Below, in pieces: positions 48,824 to 56,602 of a DNA stretch of 64,000 bases. The translations under genes were made by a program, and so were the position numbers. Within the stretch, counting starts at the first letter, position 1, and each line of letters begins with the position of its first letter. The notes beneath the pieces are model-generated. The model saw nothing but the letters and a program-made list of their open reading frames with translations, did no database searches and was not told the DNA's origin. This DNA comes from a virus, in the IMG/VR virus record IMGVR_UViG_3300042465_007929, positions 75,991 through 139,990 of that record. One strand, given 5' to 3'.

Positions 48824-48900
48824 CTAACTCGTTGGTTATCAGCGAGTTATGGAGGCGCGGCCCCCTCTTCGTCATAACTCTTTGATTATCAGTGACTTAT
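48824..48900. repeat. 77-bp paired-palindrome element, copy 9 (third degenerate palindrome at 48909-48935)
   Basis: ctaactcgttggttatcagcgagttat + 23 bp + ataactctttgattatcagtgacttat. Confidence 0.93.
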
Positions 48901-49203
48901 GTCAATTCATAAGTTGTTGATGCTTAGTGTGTTATGTATAGTATTGTTTATTTAGATCATGGGTATTCACAGGTAGAAAAGAGTAGGGTAGCGTTGACGA
49001 ACTCATCCGCCGACGCTACCCTTGCAGCATCACCATTGCCGCTTTACGTTAGTGAAAATTTGTTTATTTAGGTTCGTTTTATTCACAGGGAAAAATGGTA
49101 GGGAGTTTATGAACTGAGGAAAACTAATGAAACCTCCTCCCTACCATTCTCACATTAAACCCAACGAAGCACCCCTGCATGTTGAGAAAGTTTAGAAAAT
49201 GTT

Positions 49204-49280
49204 TGGTGATTCAGACAGAACTCGAATCTGTAACCTACACATTAGAAGTGTGTTGCTCTATCCAATTGAGCTACTGAACC
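49204..49280 (-). tRNA. tRNA-Arg(TCT)
   Basis: GGTTCAG-TAGCTCAATTGGATAGAGCA-ACACA-CTTCTAA-TGTGT-AGGTT-ACAGA-TTCGAGT-TCTGT-CTGAATC-ACCA cloverleaf with encoded CCA. Confidence 0.93.
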
Positions 49281-49341
49281 TTTATTTGGTGAATGAGAAA
49301 TCGTAGATGGCTCACTCACTTGTAAATATAATAACGGATCT

Positions 49342-49608
49342 TTAGGCTTTTGTCAATTTAATTTTTGCCATATATTTCGCCCAGCTTCCTCCGTTATATT
49401 TGATTGCTGGTTCATCTAGATATTGGGTAGCTGCATCAAGCATAGCCTGAGCATAAAAGTATTTAGCTTCCCAGTAATTGGATGTCTTACCTTCGCGCCA
49501 TGCTCCTACACGTTCATCATATTGACGAATCTTAAAGTAGTGACCACGATTTTCAATCTCGACATTTTCCTTGGCATGTCGCACTGCTGCTGCTTTAGTT
49601 ATCTTCAT
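49342..49608 (-). CDS. Hypothetical protein
   Basis: 88-aa ORF in the RuvB operon. Confidence 0.6.
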   Translation of the reverse strand: MKITKAAAVRHAKENVEIENRGHYFKIRQYDERVGAWREGKTSNYWEAKYFYAQAMLDAATQYLDEPAIKYNGGSWAKYMAKIKLTKA

Positions 49609-50026
49609 CTTGTTTTTCGGTATAGATACTTCCTAGTGAATAGGTTTGAGAGTGATTAGAAATGTTTTGCATGAAGTTCTCCATGTTGACATTATTTGAC
49701 ATTATTTCATTTGCGGTACGAATCGCAGCCTTAGTGAGTTTTAAAACAGATGCTTTAATCATTGTGACTTTTTCTTCTGCTTCATTTGTTTTATAGTGAT
49801 TAACTGATGCCCAGTATTTATCCCACTCATTGTAGTATGCTCTCATAGTAAGAAGTTGTTTGAGCTTCTTGATGTTGGGCATATAGATTAGATGAGTGAA
49901 GTAATCGTCTGAGTGATTAGTGTTATACAGGTTCTCAGATAGAATAGCAAGACATTCTGCTTCTTCTTTGTTACCTACTAGCCCCACGGCAATACCCGCG
50001 CCATTATTTGAAACAATATAATTCAT
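49595..50026 (-). CDS. Hypothetical protein (143 aa)
   Basis: Start reassigned to MNYIVSNN, just after the RuvB stop. Confidence 0.55.
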   Translation of the reverse strand: MNYIVSNNGAGIAVGLVGNKEEAECLAILSENLYNTNHSDDYFTHLIYMPNIKKLKQLLTMRAYYNEWDKYWASVNHYKTNEAEEKVTMIKASVLKLTKAAIRTANEIMSNNVNMENFMQNISNHSQTYSLGSIYTEKQDEDN

Positions 50027-50030
50027 AGTA

Positions 50031-50939
50031 TTAGTTGGAAAGGATTGTGTTAAGTGCTTGAATGCCGAGTGGAGTGATGTGCCGAGTACGTTCGATCTTG
50101 ATGAATCCCATACGGAGCAAATGCATTTCAACATCTTTCTGAATGCTGGTAGGTGATAAACCTGTGGCTGCTGCTAGCATATTCAAAGTACATTCGCCGC
50201 GATCTTTAAGAATAGAAAGAACTTCTACTTCGCTATTAGTCAAACCATATGGTTTAATATTGACCAAGCTGCAAAGATCAATCCAATGATTGCGGCCAAA
50301 TTGACTGATGTTATTTGATTCGCAATACATTTCAATTTCTTTTGATCTCTTAACAGCACTACGGGCATTACCGCGAAGTGTTAGCGCAATGTCATCAATC
50401 AATCCGTCTTCGAATGTTGTCCAGTGCAAACGCTTCTGAAGAATTTCGCCTAGCTCTTGATTCTTATATGGTTTAAAATCAATAATGGTTAGACGATCTT
50501 TGAATGGGGCAAACAATTTATCCTGCTCAGTAGTAGCGAAGATATAAGTCTGACGCTGGAAATTAAATTCAAAACTATTTTCGCGCCATTCAAAATGTTT
50601 CTTTGTTGCTCCCTCTACATTAAACACAGTAAGGAATGCCATCACAAGATCCTTTGGCAAAGCATGTGCTTCATCAAACAAAATAGTAATATCATTATCC
50701 ATGATGACTGGCATGAAGATCTGCTCAAAGAATTGGGCGCTGTTTTTAATTGTAGAACAATTGATTTCCAGCAATGGTTTGCCCAGATTCTTAGCGAACT
50801 CTTTTGCGAACTCTGTCTTACCCAAACCCTTCGCCCCATTGAGCATAAGGAATGGAGTAAGCCCACTAACTGAATAAGCTTTATGATAAAAGCCCAGTTG
50901 CTTCTTGATATGATCTTGACCGATGAGTGATTCAAACAT
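50031..50939 (-). CDS. ruvB: RuvB-like Holliday junction branch-migration AAA+ ATPase
   Basis: LIGQ..IK, GAKGLGKT, ILFDEAH, IFATT...L..PF.DR, RGNAR and C-terminal winged-helix (VE.HLL..GFI...R.R.IT..G) motifs. Confidence 0.85.
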   Translation of the reverse strand: MFESLIGQDHIKKQLGFYHKAYSVSGLTPFLMLNGAKGLGKTEFAKEFAKNLGKPLLEINCSTIKNSAQFFEQIFMPVIMDNDITILFDEAHALPKDLVMAFLTVFNVEGATKKHFEWRENSFEFNFQRQTYIFATTEQDKLFAPFKDRLTIIDFKPYKNQELGEILQKRLHWTTFEDGLIDDIALTLRGNARSAVKRSKEIEMYCESNNISQFGRNHWIDLCSLVNIKPYGLTNSEVEVLSILKDRGECTLNMLAAATGLSPTSIQKDVEMHLLRMGFIKIERTRHITPLGIQALNTILSN

Positions 50940-50951
50940 TTGTTTAATTGG

Positions 50952-51206
50952 TTATTGGTTAAATGAGGTGATGGAGTAAGCAATCTTTTCTTGCTGTGAT
51001 TCAGCAGTCTTAATTACCTGCTCCGCTCGCTCATGCACGACATTATCCACATCAGATTTAATTGTCAACCCACAATTTTCAAGAAATTTACGGGAGATAA
51101 TTACACACGCCTGTGGACCAAAGTATTCATTGAGGTCTGACAGACGTACTTTACTGAATGAGGTGGAGCCAGCTTTTGGCCCTCTGCGTTTAGGTTCGTG
51201 TTCCAT
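50952..51206 (-). CDS. Small protein with an AT-hook-like KRRGPKAGS motif
   Basis: Start MEHEPKRRG, 8 nt after TACTCT of a TTGACG-N17-TACTCT promoter. Confidence 0.6.
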   Translation of the reverse strand: MEHEPKRRGPKAGSTSFSKVRLSDLNEYFGPQACVIISRKFLENCGLTIKSDVDNVVHERAEQVIKTAESQQEKIAYSITSFNQ

Positions 51207-51621
51207 AGGCGCAAAGAGTAACCACACAGAACCGACCCGTCAATAACTTTTTTCAAACTTTCTGAAAAAAATAATTCTCCAAATTAAAAATTAATTAATT
51301 AAAATTCCTGAGATTACACGAAATCTTTTGAGAATTCATTATTTGGCGCGAAAACATTCACAGGCAAAATCATTATTTGGCAAAAACTAATTCACAGATG
51401 AAATCTCCTGTGTAATAGATGATGTCTAAGTGATTTGTATTCACTATAATCAATTACTACTACATCATTACTGTTTAATGTTTAATCATTCTACTTGTTA
51501 AGGGAAAACCCGCACAACATCGCTGATACTGGAGAGATCTGTAAGGCTGAAACAAGAAAAAAGAAAAAACAAAAAACAGATTTTAAAAGAAGCGATCTAT
51601 TCCTTCTCTTTTTTCGTGCCT

Positions 51622-51858
51622 TTAATTCAACTTTGCTTTGTCCGCCATCTTTTTGATGTGCTTTTCCCAGATGTCTTTAGGCTCTTCTTCTATTTCTTTT
51701 TTGTTTTCACCATATAAATTGCTCATTATTCCCTCATGCGATCCCTGTACGAATGCAATTAGAGTAATGAAAAACGTATACGTCGAGAGGGCTAACGCCG
51801 CGATTGGCGCGGCGATTACGAGTAGAGTTATGGCAATTATATAAATAATTTGTTTCAT
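51622..51858 (-). CDS. Small membrane protein
   Basis: Hydrophobic N-terminal half; TTGACT-N17-TATTAT promoter upstream. Confidence 0.6.
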   Translation of the reverse strand: MKQIIYIIAITLLVIAAPIAALALSTYTFFITLIAFVQGSHEGIMSNLYGENKKEIEEEPKDIWEKHIKKMADKAKLN

Positions 51859-52318
51859 AGTAGTAGCAATAATACCTTATAGAATAAGGAAAGTCAATAA
51901 AAATCGCCGCAAAATAAAGCTTGACAAATGAAATAGAAATTTAATTAGGCGAATCCATCATCCATTTTCTCATCATCTCTAATCATCCTCAGTTGTTTCT
52001 TTTGTTTCCCCTATGTTATCTCTTATGTTTACTATATAGGAGGGGGTATGTTGTTTCCTTATTGTATAAGGGATTGGTGGGTGGTGACGAAGAATATTTC
52101 GTTACCAGAAGAGGCGTAAAACGCTGTCTAAAATAGGGTAAAATTTGATCAAAAAACACACAAAAATACACCCTAGTACAGATATTTGCAAATAAACTCT
52201 GCGTATGAGGTCAATTCACAGATGAAATAGTTTCAAAACATTAATTTATAATTTCAAGCGAGTGTTTATTTCAATCATTAATTTGTAACGCATGTTTGAA
52301 ATTACTGTAATGATATAT

Positions 52319-52618
52319 ATGAAGAAGTTATCTTTCGTAAATGTATTAGATCACAAAGTAAAAATAATATATTCTGACAACAAAGAAAATTGGGGAGAAT
52401 GTGATTCGGATAGAATGGTCATTACTCTCTCTACAGAGTGCCTTAAAGACGCTAAGTTACATTTTATGACCTTGGTACACGAAGTGACTCATATGATCCT
52501 CAGAATGTCTGGTGTGGCTTTTATGGAAACAAATGATGAAGAGGCTTATGTGAGATGTATTGAGAACTTAGTTATACCTTGGGTTCTTAAAAATCAAAAT
52601 ATCATTGGCCCGAAATAA
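52319..52618 (+). CDS. Small HExxH metallopeptidase-like protein
   Basis: WGEC......ITLS...TLVHEVTH.IL...EE motif; likely start MKKLSF. Confidence 0.6.
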   Translation: MKKLSFVNVLDHKVKIIYSDNKENWGECDSDRMVITLSTECLKDAKLHFMTLVHEVTHMILRMSGVAFMETNDEEAYVRCIENLVIPWVLKNQNIIGPK

Positions 52619-52648
52619 TATTCCTTATCGAATAACTCTTCTTTATAA

Positions 52649-53344
52649 TCATTTATAAATTTTTATTAATACATGATAAAAGTCCTCACAAATGAATACA
52701 GGTTTTGTGATTATTTCTGTATTTTTAAAATTATCTTTTATAAGTGAAATGAATTCATCTGGATCGCCAGATGCCCAATAAACTAATGTTCCACCATTAT
52801 TTAAAGAATTAAAGAATTTGTTGACCTGCTCTAGTTCATAAAAATTTGAATTATGTTGTTGTAATACTTCTTGATCTGGACCATTATCTACATCCATTAA
52901 AATACTATCGAAAGTTTCTTCTCCTGTAATTAAATCGGATACATCCCCAATATAAATTTCAACTCTTGGATCATCCAAGTATTTCCCATTCAATTCCATC
53001 AAGTATTTCTTATTCCATTCTACAATTTTAGAATACTTTTCAGCTACTACTATTTTTGTAGATAATGGACATAGCTCTATAGCTCTTTTTAAAGTGAAAC
53101 CCATGCCTAATCCACCTATAAGTAATAGTTTATTTTCTTTTAGTAAATTACATCCAAAATCCACCATTAATTCCGCTGAAAAACCAGATATTTTACTCAT
53201 TAACTCATGACCATCTGCGTAGATATAGAAATCATTAGGCGACCGATAAAACTGGAGTAGAACTCCATCATCTGTTAGATATTCCTCTATTAATTGTTGT
53301 TTTTCTATGTCCGCAAGAACTTCATCTAAATTCATATTATTCAT
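52649..53344 (-). CDS. Spermidine-synthase-like SAM-dependent transferase
   Basis: ELMS, LIGGLGMGFTL, VVAE, DPRV...GDV and ILMDVDNGP motifs. Confidence 0.75.
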   Translation of the reverse strand: MNNMNLDEVLADIEKQQLIEEYLTDDGVLLQFYRSPNDFYIYADGHELMSKISGFSAELMVDFGCNLLKENKLLLIGGLGMGFTLKRAIELCPLSTKIVVAEKYSKIVEWNKKYLMELNGKYLDDPRVEIYIGDVSDLITGEETFDSILMDVDNGPDQEVLQQHNSNFYELEQVNKFFNSLNNGGTLVYWASGDPDEFISLIKDNFKNTEIITKPVFICEDFYHVLIKIYK

Positions 53345-53346
53345 AA

Positions 53347-53811
53347 TTAAAACTTTTGTAGTTTATCTTGAGTAAGAGCGAAACCTTTTCCGTGTCCAAG
53401 ATCAATTAGGTTTTCTTCTTTCCTAAGATTCTCTTTATACTCCCATCCTGCAATATCAATCTCATTGCCCGAAACTATTGCTAAGATATAAACGTCTACA
53501 TCTGGATTATCTTTCACAGTACAAAGCAATCTTCCTGTCTTGTAAGTAGTCGCTTTAATATCATATCTCTTACCTTTGACTACTCCATCTGCTGATCCAC
53601 TACGAGGAGATAGACCAAGATCTGGGAAAACATTAAATTGTTTAGCGAATGCGTATTCAGCCATCATACCAATGACATCTGCTTCTGCGCCATCTTGATC
53701 GCCCATCTTAGCATCTTTAACACCAGAACTTCTAGCAATTAATGACCTCATACGCCCAATCATTTGGCATACTGTAACTTCGTCTGGCTGCAATATAATC
53801 TTCATGCCCAA
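53347..53811 (-). CDS. PD-(D/E)XK-like nuclease-fold protein
   Basis: G..AE.AFA...ADG....YDIK signature. Confidence 0.5.
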   Translation of the reverse strand: MGMKIILQPDEVTVCQMIGRMRSLIARSSGVKDAKMGDQDGAEADVIGMMAEYAFAKQFNVFPDLGLSPRSGSADGVVKGKRYDIKATTYKTGRLLCTVKDNPDVDVYILAIVSGNEIDIAGWEYKENLRKEENLIDLGHGKGFALTQDKLQKF

Positions 53812-53814
53812 ATC

Positions 53815-54471
53815 TTAGAAGCAATATTTGAGTGTGTCAATATCTTTCTCAAAAACATTTGCGATAATCTTTTTGCTCTTATCATCATAGTATTCTGTAT
53901 AAATTTTATGATTTGTAGCGTTTTTATGAGGAAAATCAGGGCTAATATGAGAAATATTATAATTTTTTAACATCTGCCCGAATTCTTCTTTGAGATTTTC
54001 AAATCTAAGATGAACTTTTGGTGGGAAAAAACCCTCCATCCATTCAGTCTGATTATGGCAAGCAATAAAATAAGGGTCTTCTTTATACTCTAATAGTAAT
54101 TCACAAAATGATTGAAAAGTCATTTCTGTTTTTAAACCATATAACTTTCCTAGATCATTCTTTAATGAGAAATGATATATCGAAACAGCTCGATCCCAAG
54201 GGTTTCTTACAATGCAGAAAGAAAAGTAGTTAGCCATCTCCCTCTTGAAGACGCTGTAAACTTCATTAGGTTTTGCGTGAGTTGGATCAAACCACCCTCT
54301 ATATAATTTTTTATCAGCTTGATTTTGAAATCTATTTTCATGTTTTTTAATTAAATTAAGAGTCCCTAAATGTTCTGAAATAGATGTACTCGCATTCTTT
54401 GGTATGCGATAAAAAAGAAGATGCAATATCCAGCCTCCTCCTCCCATTAACTGGGGCAAATATTCCTCCAT
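53815..54471 (-). CDS. Sulfotransferase (family 2-like)
   Basis: IPKNASTS 5'-PAPS loop, VRNPWDR.VS.Y 3'-PB motif, RFENL. Confidence 0.8.
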   Translation of the reverse strand: MEEYLPQLMGGGGWILHLLFYRIPKNASTSISEHLGTLNLIKKHENRFQNQADKKLYRGWFDPTHAKPNEVYSVFKREMANYFSFCIVRNPWDRAVSIYHFSLKNDLGKLYGLKTEMTFQSFCELLLEYKEDPYFIACHNQTEWMEGFFPPKVHLRFENLKEEFGQMLKNYNISHISPDFPHKNATNHKIYTEYYDDKSKKIIANVFEKDIDTLKYCF

Positions 54472-54745
54472 TTATTTTTCAATCCTAAAATAAGAAATTA
54501 AAACAAAAGCAATACTTGTCATGGTAATAAGAACAATCATCAAATTTTTTGGATCTGTAAGAAATTCGAACATACTTTATTATGTATAAATTTTAAATTT
54601 TTTCAAGTAATTGATCAACAATTTCTTGTTGTTTGGCAATTTTCTTCCCTTGGTTTTCGATGATCTTCTCTAATTGATTAATCTTTTCATATAGATTAGT
54701 AAGATCTGCATCTATCGACTGCATAAAATATTCTTCTTTCATTAT

Positions 54746-55096
54746 TTAATTATATTCTTTAATGATTGATTCAAAAATTGAGCAATCTGTATAGTAATTA
54801 TCCAAAGAGTAAACACGATCCCTGAAAAAGATATAACAAATTACATTAAGATTAAAAACCTCTGTCGAATCATCTGTTTCTGGGTGAGAAACATAGAAAT
54901 CTTCACCTTTGTAAGTATATTTAACTGCTGCTCGAATATCCTTGATGAAATCTTCATACCAGTTTTCAGGCTCTTCCTGATCATTAGTATAAAAATCCTT
55001 GTACTTGTATTTACGAGCTACTTTGCTTTTTTGGAGGATGCAGTCAAAAAGAATGCTATTCTTCAAATTTTCTAAATTAATTGCGAATTTTTCCAT
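54746..55096 (-). CDS. Hypothetical protein
   Basis: 116-aa ORF in a minus-strand run. Confidence 0.55.
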   Translation of the reverse strand: MEKFAINLENLKNSILFDCILQKSKVARKYKYKDFYTNDQEEPENWYEDFIKDIRAAVKYTYKGEDFYVSHPETDDSTEVFNLNVICYIFFRDRVYSLDNYYTDCSIFESIIKEYN

Positions 55097-55108
55097 ATTT
55101 TTGTTTGT

Positions 55109-55360
55109 TTATTTATTTTTTACCCCTAGATATACTGAATATAAAATTTCTTTGGTATCATTCGTGATAAACCATTCATCGTCATCTTGGTTATGGGCTA
55201 CATTATAAGGCTTCCAACTCTTCACGTCAATATTAATCAGTTCTTCAACTGAATTTTTACTCCCCACAAAAAACAAATCTGTTTCAATGATTTTATAAAG
55301 CTCTCTTCTTTCTTCGAAGAAAACATGAGAGTATTTATCTGATGAGATTTCTTGATTCAT
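55109..55360 (-). CDS. Hypothetical protein
   Basis: 83-aa ORF. Confidence 0.55.
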   Translation of the reverse strand: MNQEISSDKYSHVFFEERRELYKIIETDLFFVGSKNSVEELINIDVKSWKPYNVAHNQDDDEWFITNDTKEILYSVYLGVKNK

Positions 55361-55845
55361 AGATGAGAATGGCTATTATTTTGTTTTGTGAGTCGTTCGT
55401 TATCTTCTTGCAAGATTTTAACATACTGAAGTAAATGAATGTACTCAGCTTTTGAGTCGTTTACCTCATCTTCGAGATCTTGAATTTGCTCTGCTAAATC
55501 AGAGTTAGCTTGTCGCAGAACCTCCATATCTTTTGGCAGATAAGGGATATGAGTTACTAATTTATCGGTATAGTCTTCCAATTCTTGAATGATTTCTCGC
55601 AATTCGTGAATTTCTTGAGCTAAATCACGAACAATTTTCATGTTTGTGTTAGCTGTTTCCTTCCACCATATCAAATCTTGTTGATTTTTGAGTAAATTTT
55701 TGAGAGTTACATCGTTTTCAAGATAAAGTTCTTGCAATCTTTGCGCTGCTTCAGCGATTGCTGCGTTAGCTACGCCATCACTAGATTCAATATCATGTGA
55801 AAGATACTCCATTGCCGCAATAAGTGTTTTTGTGTCTGATCTCAT
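55357..55845 (-). CDS. Coiled-coil hypothetical protein
   Basis: 162 aa with a heptad pattern. Confidence 0.6.
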   Translation of the reverse strand: MRSDTKTLIAAMEYLSHDIESSDGVANAAIAEAAQRLQELYLENDVTLKNLLKNQQDLIWWKETANTNMKIVRDLAQEIHELREIIQELEDYTDKLVTHIPYLPKDMEVLRQANSDLAEQIQDLEDEVNDSKAEYIHLLQYVKILQEDNERLTKQNNSHSHL

Positions 55846-55963
55846 GTTTAATGCTCTTTCGAAACTTAGAATAATCTTTATTGGTCTGGATGTAAAGAAA
55901 AATTTTACTAAAAATTAATTTGCACTAGAATCTAATTGTTTTTATTTTATATTAAATATAAAT

Positions 55964-56602
55964 ATGTTTGATATCGATAAGAAATTTATTTTTACTCACC
56001 CACCAAAATCTGGGGGTACTAGTATAGAATCTTTATTGGGTTTTTTCACTAAAGAAAAAAGATATGATCAACGTCAATATAAACATAAAAGCCTCTCTGA
56101 GCAGATTGCCGTAATTAATGAATCTGGGTATTCATCAGAAGATTTTTTTAAATTTTCTATCACTAGAAATCCATGGGATAGAATGGTGAGTTATTATTAT
56201 TTTGATTTTAATATACAAGAATCATGGTGGATAAAAAAACATCCGGGCGTACCTCTTCCAGATTACATAAAGCAAATACTTAAAATGAATTTTGAGGACT
56301 ATGTTAAATATCGGTGTGGAATTATACAAAAAAAATCTTTTAGTGCGAAAAGATTTATGTTTCATCAAGATAAATATGCACTAGATTATTGTATTAGATT
56401 TGAAAATATAGTTGAAGATACCAAAATAGTTATGAATAAATTAGGTATTGAATATAAAGAAATGCCACATCGAAATAATTCTATTTCATATAAACCACAA
56501 AAACATTATAGTGAGTTTTATAATGAAGAAGCTAGAGATTTGGTTGCATCGGCATTTATTGATGATATTGAATTCTTCGGGTATGAATTTGAATCAAAAT
56601 AG
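55964..56602 (+). CDS. Sulfotransferase (family 2-like)
   Basis: FIFTHPPKSGGTSI, RNPWDRMVSYY, IRFENI. Confidence 0.85.
   Translation: MFDIDKKFIFTHPPKSGGTSIESLLGFFTKEKRYDQRQYKHKSLSEQIAVINESGYSSEDFFKFSITRNPWDRMVSYYYFDFNIQESWWIKKHPGVPLPDYIKQILKMNFEDYVKYRCGIIQKKSFSAKRFMFHQDKYALDYCIRFENIVEDTKIVMNKLGIEYKEMPHRNNSISYKPQKHYSEFYNEEARDLVASAFIDDIEFFGYEFESK

Noticed and set aside
38543-48900. CRISPR (mini-)arrays: repeat-spacer-repeat appearance
   Set aside because: The 23-bp 'spacers' resemble each other and are GC-biased rather than unique. The repeats are degenerate, units are separated by genes, and no cas gene is in the window.
38543-48900. Canonical integron attC sites or Xer/dif sites
   Set aside because: Size and position after stop codons resemble attC, but the RYYYAAC/GTTRRRY ends are not conserved (mostly TAAG at the left end, sometimes CTTA at the right). 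The genes carry their own promoters, no IntI is seen, and there is no similarity to dif arms.
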